From Candidatus Nanohalobium sp. (lineage in GTDB: Archaea > Nanohalarchaeota > Nanosalinia > Nanosalinales > Nanosalinaceae), in contig JBDGSM010000017.1 of the NCBI GenBank assembly GCA_042217545.1, forward strand, positions 4,755 to 62,487: a DNA stretch of 57,733 nucleotides, written 5' to 3'. The translations under genes were made by a program, and so were the position numbers. Each line of letters begins with the position of its first letter. Within the stretch, counting starts at the first letter, position 1. Positions 18,098-26,800 of this stretch are shown piece after piece. A model generated the notes under the pieces. It worked only from the letters and a program-made list of their open reading frames with translations. It had not been told where the DNA came from and searched no databases.

Positions 18098-19489
18098 ATG
18101 GGGGACGAGGAGGGGGAAAGGCCTCAGGACTGGAAGATAAGACAGTACTACGAACAGGACGAGCTGGCCGACAAGTTTCTTGAACTAGCGGAGTACCGCG
18201 AGATCGCACCGACCTATCCAAACGGCTACGGGAAGAGGCCTGACGCCATAAACTTCCGTGGAGACTTTGAAGACCTCGTGAAAAACGGGGCCGTAGCCTT
18301 TCATGCATCTGTAGAGCGGTGGAGAAACCCTCTTCTGATTGACAACGTATCGAACCTGGACGACCTCAGAACTACCTGGGATCTGGTCATGGATATAGAC
18401 TGCGACTACAGCTTTGAGCTCGCGAAGGAGACTGCAGAGCTCCTGATAGAAGAGCTCCGCCAGCACGGCATAGACAACATCAGCATAAAGTTCTCAGGCA
18501 ACAGAGGCTTCCATATCGGAGTGAGAGGCGAAGCGTTTCCTCAGAACATAAATGACGAAGGTTTCAAAGATCTCTACCCAGACCTGGCACGTGGAATAGT
18601 CGACTACCTCAGAGAACAGTTGAAAGAACAGATGATTGAAAAAGTAGAGGAGTACGGTTACAGGGGGGAGATGGAGACGGATGAAGGCCTTGATCCATAC
18701 CAGGTGTCGGATATAGAGAACGACTGGGGTCAGCGCCACCTCTTCCGCATGCCCTATAGCTTACATGACGGGAGCTGGCTTGTATCACTGCCTATAAGGC
18801 CTGAAGAGATCGAGGGCTTCGAGAAGGAACAGGCCAGGATGGAAAACGTAGACTTCGAGGTAGACTTCCTGAAAACTTTCGAGGAAGGTGAGGCGAAGAA
18901 CCTGGCGATCCAGGCGATGGATTTCATACAGGAACGAAGGAAAAAGAAACAGGAGGAGCGTTTCAGTGAGGACAGGGAGTTTTCCAGGCCTGAAGATGCT
19001 ATTCCGGAGAAGTACTTCCCTCCTACGATCAAGAATATTCTGGAAGGCCTTGAGGACGGCAGGAAACGTGGCCTGTTTATCTTGATTAATTTTTACCGGA
19101 CTGTGGGTTATTCCTGGGAGGAGATCGAGTCGAAGATCTGGCAGTGGAACGAGAGGAACAAGGAGGAGCTGCGTGAGGCCTACGTGAAAGGACAGTTGAA
19201 CTGGCACAGGGACCGTGACGAGGATGTTCCTCCGCCGAACTACGATGCCAACGGATACTATAGAGATATGCAGGTGTACGAAGGCGATAACCTTGAGGAG
19301 CAGGTGCCGAATCCCGTGAGCTACGCGTTCAGGCAGGCGAAGAAGCGTAACAGCGATAGCGGAGAAGGTGAGGACGATGGAGAAGATCTTGTTTGCCCTT
19401 ACTGTGGTAAGGAGTACGAGATGGAGAGTTACTACAAGAAACATGTGCGCCAGTGTGATGGCGACGGCGAGGTCAGGAAGATCTCGTGA
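18098..19489 (+). CDS. priS: DNA primase: PriS catalytic (AEP) domain fused to a PriL C-terminal-like helical domain and a terminal Zn finger
   Basis: AEP motifs DLVMDIDCD (DxD), SGNRGFHIGV and FRMPYSLH. Residues encoded around 19009-19150 (YFPPTIKNILEGLEDGRKRGLFILINFYRTVGYSWEEI) resemble the PriL-CTD FPPC(I/M) region. CPYCG...HVRQC lies at the C-terminus. Confidence 0.85.
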   Translation: MGDEEGERPQDWKIRQYYEQDELADKFLELAEYREIAPTYPNGYGKRPDAINFRGDFEDLVKNGAVAFHASVERWRNPLLIDNVSNLDDLRTTWDLVMDIDCDYSFELAKETAELLIEELRQHGIDNISIKFSGNRGFHIGVRGEAFPQNINDEGFKDLYPDLARGIVDYLREQLKEQMIEKVEEYGYRGEMETDEGLDPYQVSDIENDWGQRHLFRMPYSLHDGSWLVSLPIRPEEIEGFEKEQARMENVDFEVDFLKTFEEGEAKNLAIQAMDFIQERRKKKQEERFSEDREFSRPEDAIPEKYFPPTIKNILEGLEDGRKRGLFILINFYRTVGYSWEEIESKIWQWNERNKEELREAYVKGQLNWHRDRDEDVPPPNYDANGYYRDMQVYEGDNLEEQVPNPVSYAFRQAKKRNSDSGEGEDDGEDLVCPYCGKEYEMESYYKKHVRQCDGDGEVRKIS

Positions 19490-19530
19490 ACATAGAACGT
19501 AAAAAACTTGCAAGAGTCGGGTAATGTAGG

Positions 19531-20178
19531 ATGGGGGAAGACGATGCGATCACGTTCAGCGAACTCAGAAAGATTCAGAAGCAGGAGAGACGGCAGGACG
19601 ACCTGTCAGAACTAGATGAAGACTTCGTAGCAGACGTCGTCGAGTATTTGAGCAGGAAGAAAGATGTCTCCGGCGAATCCCGCGAATACAAGAACGCGAG
19701 AAGAGTTTTCAGGAAGATAATTTCACTAAGAGAAGACAAGATCGTTAAAAATGCGCAGCTAGCAGTTTCATCAAACGTCAGCATAGAGGAGATGAACGTT
19801 CTCCCAAGAGAAAAACAGTTGTTCAGGGAGCTCAGAGATAACTTCTCGGACCACAGGGACAGGATCAGCGACTTCCTCGAAAGCGAGGAAGAAAATGTGA
19901 ATCCACAGAACCCTGAGATGGCGCCGAAGGCCTCGGAACAGGATGAACCCGAAGAAGAAACCAGTGAAGAGGATCATGAGGATGAAGACGAGAAACAGGA
20001 CGATCTTCCAGACCCTGAGGACGGATACAAGATAGTTGAGATAAACTCGGACGTACCCGAGTTCATGGGGACCGACCTGGAGGCCTACGGGCCTTTCGAG
20101 GAAGGAGATACTGCAGAAGTCCCCGATGATAACGCAGAGATACTTGAGAACCGTGGAAACGCCGAGGTGATAAAGTGA
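19531..20178 (+). CDS. GINS subunit (Gins51/Gins15-like; A domain, acidic linker, B domain)
   Basis: The N-terminus ITFSELRKIQKQERR...DFVADVVEYL...REDKIVKNA matches the GINS A-domain pattern. The C-terminal part VEINSDVPEFMGTDLEAYGPFEEGDTAEVPDDNAEIL matches the B-domain pattern. It is adjacent to the primase gene. Confidence 0.6.
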   Translation: MGEDDAITFSELRKIQKQERRQDDLSELDEDFVADVVEYLSRKKDVSGESREYKNARRVFRKIISLREDKIVKNAQLAVSSNVSIEEMNVLPREKQLFRELRDNFSDHRDRISDFLESEEENVNPQNPEMAPKASEQDEPEEETSEEDHEDEDEKQDDLPDPEDGYKIVEINSDVPEFMGTDLEAYGPFEEGDTAEVPDDNAEILENRGNAEVIK

Positions 20179-20816
20179 ACGTCGACAAAGTCTACGCAGT
20201 CAGCGGAGCACTGATAACAGAAAAACTGGACGAGATAGGAGACCTGGCAGAGGCCCTTCAGCAGGGAGAAGAACAGGTTCTTGTAGTCACCGGTGCAGGA
20301 GGCCTGAAGGAGTACATCCATGCCGCGGGAGAGTTCGGAAACCAGGGAGAACAGGATCTGGTCGGTATCGCCGCAACGCGGTTGAATGCGAAGACTTTGA
20401 TGACCGCGATGGAGGCCTATCCCGACACGCCGAAGACGGCCGAGGAGATCAGGAAAGCCGCTTCTACAGGTCAGAACGTTGTAATGGGAGGCCTTACACC
20501 AGGTCATTCCACGGACGCTGTGGCGGCTATCGCTGCTGAGATACTTGAAGCGGATCTGTATATCGCTACTACTGTTGACGGTGTCTATGACAGGCCTCCG
20601 GAGGAGGAAAATGCCAAGAGGTTTGATGAGATCTCTACTGGGCGTCTGCGTGAGGTGGTTTCCGGGAACAATGAGGCGGGAGGCCACGAATTGATTGATT
20701 TGACTGCGATCGATATAATCGAGCGTTCCAGTACTTCCACGAAGATCTTCGAAGGTTCTCTGGAGAACATTGAGAGGCCTGAGGAGGCCCTGGGCACGCG
20801 GATAGTTCCCAGGTGA
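20175..20816 (+). CDS. pyrH: UMP kinase, archaeal type
   Basis: VVTGAGGLKEY, GIAATRLNA, VMGGLTPGHSTDAVAA and ATTVDGVYD motifs. The GTG start overlaps the upstream stop (GTGA). Confidence 0.85.
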   Translation: MNVDKVYAVSGALITEKLDEIGDLAEALQQGEEQVLVVTGAGGLKEYIHAAGEFGNQGEQDLVGIAATRLNAKTLMTAMEAYPDTPKTAEEIRKAASTGQNVVMGGLTPGHSTDAVAAIAAEILEADLYIATTVDGVYDRPPEEENAKRFDEISTGRLREVVSGNNEAGGHELIDLTAIDIIERSSTSTKIFEGSLENIERPEEALGTRIVPR

Positions 20817-20854
20817 AAGGAGGTCTTTTAAAGTTTAACATCGGGTTTCTGGTT

Positions 20855-21157
20855 ATGGTCAAGATTCCAAAGGAGCAGCGCAGGTACTGTCCGAGCTGTG
20901 ATGAACATACGGAGCAAACTGTAAAGGAAGCGACTAACAGATCTGCCAGTCCCTGGAGCAAGAAGCACAGGAAGAGGCAGAGAAAGATCGATAAAGGATA
21001 CGGTTCCTTCCCGTTCGAAGATCCTTCACATCTCGCGAGAGGAAAAAGTAATCCTACTTCCAGCAAGCACGATCTGCAGTTCTCATGCAAAGAATGCGGT
21101 AAGTCCTGGAAGCCTAGAAACCAGCCAAGAGCAGCAAAGTTCGAGATCGAGAGGTAG
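20855..21157 (+). CDS. rpl44e: 50S ribosomal protein L44e (eL42)
   Basis: MVKIPKEQRRYCPSCDEHTEQ...CKECGK is the four-Cys zinc-ribbon family pattern. I prefer the ATG at 20855 over the GTG at 20813. An A/T box TTTTAAAGTTT lies about 25 nt upstream. Confidence 0.85.
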   Translation: MVKIPKEQRRYCPSCDEHTEQTVKEATNRSASPWSKKHRKRQRKIDKGYGSFPFEDPSHLARGKSNPTSSKHDLQFSCKECGKSWKPRNQPRAAKFEIER

Positions 21158-21208
21158 AAATATAATATGACCAAAAATCAAAGATTTTCTGGGCACGCAA
21201 AAAATCAC

Positions 21209-21217
21209 GGGGGTGAT
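21209..21217 (+). promoter_or_regulatory. Shine-Dalgarno sequence of rps27e
   Basis: GGGGGTGAT ends 6 nt upstream of the GTG start at 21224. Confidence 0.5.
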
Positions 21218-21223
21218 TTTTGA

Positions 21224-21397
21224 GTGGCACGTAATTTTTACAGAGCGAAATGCGATGAATGTGGAAACGAGCAGATACTCTTTTCCAGAGCTTCAAGCAA
21301 AGTAGAATGCCTTGTCTGCGGTACAGTTATCGCAAGGCCTACAGGCGGAAAGGCAGAGCTCAACGCAGAAGTCGTAGAAAACCTTGAAGTAGAGTAA
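21224..21397 (+). CDS. rps27e: 30S ribosomal protein S27e
   Basis: Absent from the ORF track because it is under 60 aa. GTG start, translation MARNFYRAKCDECGNEQILFSRASSKVECLVCGTVIARPTGGKAELNAEVVENLEVE. It shows the C4 zinc ribbon and haloarchaeal-type length. A GGGGGTGAT Shine-Dalgarno lies at 21209-21217. Confidence 0.8.
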   Translation: MARNFYRAKCDECGNEQILFSRASSKVECLVCGTVIARPTGGKAELNAEVVENLEVE

Positions 21398-21455
21398 ACC
21401 GCTTCAAGGCCTTTTTCACGTATATTTTTATTCTACTTTACCACATACTTTCTCC

Positions 21456-21890
21456 ATGAGTTTTCTTGAACCTGTAGAGGATAAGCTTTCCGCATCTTAC
21501 CCATTCGGAGGCGATGATTTACTCCAGCAGGTGGTCGGCAGCATAATCCTGATCTCGCCTTTCGTCTTCACACAGGAGGTCTGGCAGACCGCCGGGAATA
21601 TGTCCAGATACAACGCAATGATAGCGCTTTTCTTCACATTTCTCATAGGACACGGAGTTCTTTACATCGCGAAAAGAGATCGTGACTGGGAGAAGGAGAG
21701 AAAGATTTTCGGCGTCACGTGGAGATACATCTCCCTGATGCTGGTAGCCTTCGGGACTGTACTGCTGATGATCTTTATCTCCTCGGCACGGGAAACATTC
21801 TCAGCAGGCCTCTGGCAGACATTCAAGGTAGTTTCAATCATATCGATCTTCTCCGTCATAGGAGCGGCAGTGACCGACAGTCTGATCTGA
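21456..21890 (+). CDS. Integral membrane protein (about 4 TM helices)
   Basis: 144-aa hydrophobic ORF. An A/T box TATATTTTTATT lies about 30 nt upstream. Confidence 0.6.
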   Translation: MSFLEPVEDKLSASYPFGGDDLLQQVVGSIILISPFVFTQEVWQTAGNMSRYNAMIALFFTFLIGHGVLYIAKRDRDWEKERKIFGVTWRYISLMLVAFGTVLLMIFISSARETFSAGLWQTFKVVSIISIFSVIGAAVTDSLI

Positions 21891-21931
21891 ACCTCGACGT
21901 ATTTTTAAGAATCACATCCTATTTCCCCAGT

Positions 21932-22687
21932 ATGCGCTGGTACAAAGACAAACCTGACGAAGGCGATTTCGTCGTAATAACACTTACAGACGTCGACAAG
22001 AACTCGGCGTACGCAGACCTTGAAGAATACAAAGACGTCCATGGCCTTCTCCACATATCCGAAGTCTCCCGCTCATGGGTTCAGGACATCAGAAAAGAAC
22101 TGGAGGAAGGCGAAAAAACTGTCGCACAGGTAATAGAAGTCGACGACGACAGTATCAACCTATCCATCAAGAGAGTAAACGAGAACCAGAAGAGAGATGC
22201 CATGGAGCGCTGGAACAAGGAGAAAAAAGCAGAGGCCTTCATAGAAGATCTTGCAGAGAGTCTGGGAAGAGACAAAGATGAAGTATACGAGGAAATCGGC
22301 TTCAAGATGCAGGAAGAGTTCGGATCAAGCTTCCACGGTTTCGAAGTATCCGTAGCCCGTGAAGACCGGTTGAGAGAAATGTTCGAAGACGAAGTAGTCG
22401 ACGCAATCCAGGATGTAGCCAGCAAAAACATCGACCTGAAGCAGGAAAAATTTGAAGGCGAAATCGATCTTGAGTTCAACCAGGGCAACGGAGCAGATCT
22501 CATAAAACAGGCCTTCAAAGATCAGGAAGAAGGGGTAAAAGTAAAGTACATTTCAGCACCTAAATACTCAATAAAGGCCTGGGGCAGGACACAGGAACTT
22601 GCAAAGAAAAGAATAGACAACGCTGTAGATCAGATAAGGGAAAAGGCCGACGAACTGGACGGCGAATTCGAATTCTCCCGCGCTTAA
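21932..22687 (+). CDS. eif2a: Translation initiation factor aIF2 alpha subunit
   Basis: S1 domain GDFVVITLTDV...HGLLHISEVSRSWVQDIRKEL..G followed by the helical and alpha-beta domains. I chose the ATG at 21932 rather than the 21719 ORF start, which overlaps the membrane-protein gene. Confidence 0.9.
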   Translation: MRWYKDKPDEGDFVVITLTDVDKNSAYADLEEYKDVHGLLHISEVSRSWVQDIRKELEEGEKTVAQVIEVDDDSINLSIKRVNENQKRDAMERWNKEKKAEAFIEDLAESLGRDKDEVYEEIGFKMQEEFGSSFHGFEVSVAREDRLREMFEDEVVDAIQDVASKNIDLKQEKFEGEIDLEFNQGNGADLIKQAFKDQEEGVKVKYISAPKYSIKAWGRTQELAKKRIDNAVDQIREKADELDGEFEFSRA

Positions 22688-22706
22688 AGTTCCCCGGTGA
22701 ACTCCA

Positions 22707-22853
22707 ATGATTAAAAAGTGTCCGGAATGCAGTAACTACACGTTGAAAGAGGAGCACTGCGGCGTGGAGACCAGGCAGGCAAGGCCTCCAAAGTTCTCTT
22801 TCCCCGACAAGTACGGGAAGTACCGCCGCAGAACCAAACGCAAAGGTGAATAA
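22707..22853 (+). CDS. nop10: H/ACA RNP component Nop10
   Basis: Absent from the ORF track (48 aa). Translation MIKKCPECSNYTLKEEHCGVETRQARPPKFSFPDKYGKYRRRTKRKGE shows the Nop10 Zn ribbon and the PPKFSPxDKY motif. It has the conserved position after aIF2-alpha. Confidence 0.8.
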   Translation: MIKKCPECSNYTLKEEHCGVETRQARPPKFSFPDKYGKYRRRTKRKGE

Positions 22854-22859
22854 CACAGC

Positions 22860-23624
22860 ATGTCCAAGACTGAACTGAAGCTGGAGAAAGAACCGGAAGT
22901 AGAAAACCCTATCTTCATAGAAGGCCTGGCAGGAATAGGCCACATAGGAAGGAACTGCGTCAGCTACATTGCTGACAACTTAGGTGCAGAAAAGATAGGT
23001 GAGATACACAGCCACCACTTCCCACCGTACACCATAGTAACTGATGAAAAAGAAGTGGAGATGATCAAGAACAATATCTACCAGCTTCAGAGAGACGACG
23101 CCGAAGACATAATACTTCTGGAAGGAAACGCACAGGCCTCCAATCCCGAAGGCCATTACGACATCGCAGAACAGATACTTAGCTTTATAGAGGACGCAGA
23201 CGCAAGCGAAATCGTAACGATCGGCGGATACGGCACCGGAGATGTAGTGGAAGATCCTGAAGTATTCGGAGCTGTCACAGACGGCGATCAACGTGAAAAA
23301 TACCGGGAACACCTGGAGTTCGATCACGATGTGGGACAGATCGTAGGAGTCTCAGGCCTACTGGTGTCAATGGGTGAGAAAAGAGGATTCGACGGAGTAT
23401 GCATCCTTGGAGAGACACCAGGCTTCCTGCTCAGCGATCCAAAGTCAACAGAGGCAGTCCTCCAGGCCCTGGAGGAAATTCTTGAAGTAGACCTTGACTA
23501 CTCGGATCTCGACGACAAGGTCCAGGAATCACAGGAAGTGCTTAAAAAACTTCAGAACCTCAAAGATTCACAGAGCCCGGACCAGGACCAGCAGAAAGGC
23601 TCCGACCTGGGCTACATAGGATGA
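22860..23624 (+). CDS. PAC2-family proteasome assembly chaperone-like protein (COG1938)
   Basis: PIFIEGLAGIGHIGRNCVSYI...HSHHFPP matches the family N-terminus. Acidic C-terminal tail. Confidence 0.7.
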   Translation: MSKTELKLEKEPEVENPIFIEGLAGIGHIGRNCVSYIADNLGAEKIGEIHSHHFPPYTIVTDEKEVEMIKNNIYQLQRDDAEDIILLEGNAQASNPEGHYDIAEQILSFIEDADASEIVTIGGYGTGDVVEDPEVFGAVTDGDQREKYREHLEFDHDVGQIVGVSGLLVSMGEKRGFDGVCILGETPGFLLSDPKSTEAVLQALEEILEVDLDYSDLDDKVQESQEVLKKLQNLKDSQSPDQDQQKGSDLGYIG

Positions 23625-23794
23625 TAAACATGACAGAATACACAAGATACGAGAAAGCAAGAATCCTCGGCGCAAGAAGCCTCCAGATCGCAATGGGAGC
23701 ACCAGCCTTCGTCGACACAGAAGACTCAGAAGAACCAATAAAGATCGCCGAGAAAGAAATGAGAGAAGGAAAACTCCCGATCACAGTAGCCTGA
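23621..23794 (+). CDS. rpoK: DNA-directed RNA polymerase subunit K (Rpo6)
   Basis: Absent from the ORF track (57 aa). Translation MINMTEYTRYEKARILGARSLQIAMGAPAFV...KIAEKEMREGKLPITVA. ATGA overlap with the upstream stop. An alternative ATG exists at 23630. Confidence 0.8.
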   Translation: MINMTEYTRYEKARILGARSLQIAMGAPAFVDTEDSEEPIKIAEKEMREGKLPITVA

Positions 23795-23816
23795 AACCTT
23801 TCCCTCTCTATCTTCT

Positions 23817-26800
23817 CTACTTTTCCTCCATAACCTCTATATACTTCTCCTCAACAAGCCTGGCGGCCTTACCGTCCGAACCATCCAGATAACGGTTCAC
23901 CAGCTCGTCGAGATCGTCCGACACGTCGAACTCCACGTCATCCTCCTTGCCCTCCTCCACAAGATCAAGCAGAAGATACAGAAGGAGGCCCTCCATCAGA
24001 TCCATATCGGATTCGATCAACTGTTCCGATACATCCCTACTCATCGACTGGAAGGCCTTGATCGCCGAAGCAGTATCACCTCGATCAACAGCATCCTGGA
24101 ACCGGGAGAACCTGTGCTCAAACAGCTTCATCTCCAGCTCGTCCCTTATCCAGTGCCTGAAATGGAACAACAGAATGATCAGGCCGGCGAAAACCGCAGC
24201 CACAAACACAGTAACTGCCACACCACTGACTTGAGACCTCTCATTATTCCTGTCCTCAGGCCTCTGAAGCGTAAAAGTCCTCTTAACCGTTCTGTTTCCG
24301 CATTTGACACGGTAACTTGTATTTCCGTACCTTAACTGTTCAGAATAGCTTATCCAAGATGTGGAGAAGTTTTTCAGGAGCTCTCCATCTCTCCGGATCA
24401 TGCATGGAGCTTTCCTGTTCAAAGTAGCATTTATGTGAACTCTTGAATCATTCACAGTAAACACCGCTACCTCTCTAAACCTGATAGGCGGTTCAGTCCT
24501 GTTCACCGCAAGAACAAGAGGTTCAGAGTAACTTGAAGCATTTCCGCGCTCCGAATAGTCAACTGTGATCGAAGAAACATTTCTTGTCCCTCTTTCCTCC
24601 TTGACAGTGTAATTATTGCTTGTACGGGCGTTCTGGACGGAGATACTCTGATCATTCCGATCTATAACAAGCAAGGAGTCAGCCGAACAGGCCTGATCAA
24701 CCACAAGCTCCGAACTGCCCTGATACAGCTTTCTGGTCGCGTTAACACATGAATCCGCACCGTAAAACTTTCTCAAACTTGTGTTGACCCCTATACTATT
24801 GAGGAAGCTTCTGTTCCACTCCATACTGGAAGTATTGTTGTATTCAATCGTAATATTCTCAGGCTCCTTCTCAGGCTCGCCACCAGGAGGATTAAAGAAC
24901 GATCCGGAAGAACTGGCTCCAGAACCCCCTGTAGAGTTCTGCTTCTTTTTCTTCGCCTTCACTTCTATACTCCTGACAAGAGCATCCCTGTAAGCGCTAT
25001 TGGACGAAGTTATGCAGGAAGCATTCCTGGAACCAGCTGAGACGGCTTTCAGATCCCAGCTCTCAGTAGATGAATTACCGTAGTCCAGGTCGCCTATACT
25101 GTAGTAAGACTGGTTCGACTCCAGCGAAAGGCCTTTACTCAGAGAGATATTCATCGAAAGATCCTTGATAACCGTATTGTTAAGCTCGTTCCCGACCGAA
25201 CAGGTGGCCTTGAACGTATCACCAACTTTTAGAGAACTTTTGGAGACGCTGAACGTGTCGTTTACCTTCAGCTTCACGGGCATAGTATACGAGGCCTTCC
25301 AGAACAGATCCATGAAGTTGCCCTGGACAAGAGGCGAGTCACAGGCAGTATCCTTCTTGAAAGGTCCGCAGTACCCCTTGGCAGTAGTATTAAGCAGCGA
25401 ATCCCTGTAAGGAGAGGAGTAATCAGAGTTACTGTTGAGATAAGCGCTCTGGAACAGGCTCAAAACCTCTGTATGCTGGTCCGGAGTGCAGTTACCAACA
25501 CAGTAACCAGTGTAGTTGCTGGAGATATTTGAGGCATTCCCTGTAACGCTCAAGTTCCTGAACGATTCATTGAACATAGAACTTGACTTCCATAGAGCAC
25601 TTCCGAGCTCAGCAGAACCGTTCATCGAAAGAGCTTTTTCTGTAAGGTTCAATGCCTTTTCACGGTAAGTTCTGTTACCTGTAACTGTGTAGGCCTCCAG
25701 GTAGCCTTTAATCATAGATGCCTGGCCCAGAGAGCTGTTACATCGGAAAGAGTAATCATAGGTCTGATTCCAGACATCACAGTCCTGTGCAGATCCTCTT
25801 GTATAGTTGAGAGCTTTCTGATAATAGGAATTTTTCCCAGTCTCCCTGTACGCGGAGAAGAGTGAAGATATCATCTTTCCCTGTTTCGTGCTTCCCTCAA
25901 CAACCTCATCAGCACCATTCGCCCCCTCACTGCAACTCATATATCCATCCTTCACCGTACAGAGCGGCGTATATGCTATGGACGTTACGTAAGGCCTTGA
26001 AACCAGGTTTTTCAGAATAAAGCTGTTGAGCTGGCTGAAATTAAAGCCGAGCAGTGATGCGACGCCCTGGATCATCGAGGCCTGTAATGCAAAGTTTTCA
26101 CATGAGTAGTCTCCACTGCGGGGCTGGCACCCTGTGTTAGGATTGTTGGTGGAGAAAGCTGTCGCCTCATCGATGAAGTTCTGCTTGATAAGAGATGGAG
26201 CAAACCTGAAAGTCCCGTTAGCCGGGAAGATCGTGTTCCGGGATTTATACCGGTACTCGTACGGTGCCTGTCTCGTAAGATTCTTTCCCGGTATTGTGCA
26301 GTTTTCAAAGAACGATAGCTTGCATTCTCTCCATGTCGAGGCGTTTTTCCTTCTGTACTGAACCCTGGGTTCTTGCAAAGGGCCTTGCATCTTGACATTG
26401 ACCGACATATTCCGTCCTAAGACCGTTTTATCGGGTATTCTCGGACTGTAGAAGCCAGGCCTGAGATCTTTCTGAAGACGGTAGGCCCTCCAGTAGTTCA
26501 GAGAGTTCATGCCCTGAATATTGGGATATTTACACGCTGTCTGGTTCCACGAGCATATGTCTGCGACTCTGGAGGATGTCAGGTTGACGGCATTCCTGTA
26601 GTAGCCGTAGTCACCAGTATACAGGTAGCCTCGCCAGAGAGCATTCTTGAGATCGGCAAACCTTCTGGTAGAGCAGTTAGTACATCTGTCCAGCCATTTC
26701 TTCGTCCTGTTCTCCGCCGCATCCGGGTAGCTGCTGTTCGAAGTATACAGATATCCTCTGAGGTAAGCCGAGATAGTTCTCGGCCCGGTATAATTGGTTT

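Noticed and set aside
21167-21223. An 18-codon ATG-initiated ORF in the same frame as S27e, separated from it only by TGA; possible readthrough or UGA recoding
   Set aside because: TGA terminates many well-supported genes here, including the vWA gene, the PAC2-like gene, rpoK and the giant ORF. The extension has no similarity to S27e N-termini. The GTG at 21224 has a strong Shine-Dalgarno at the right spacing and gives a canonical 57-aa S27e.
21719-21931. Upstream extensions offered by the ORF track for aIF2-alpha (21719), L44e (GTG 20813) and the OB-fold protein (TTG 14411)
   Set aside because: The extensions overlap neighbouring genes or add non-homologous residues. The internal ATGs give family-typical N-termini and have promoter-like boxes upstream.
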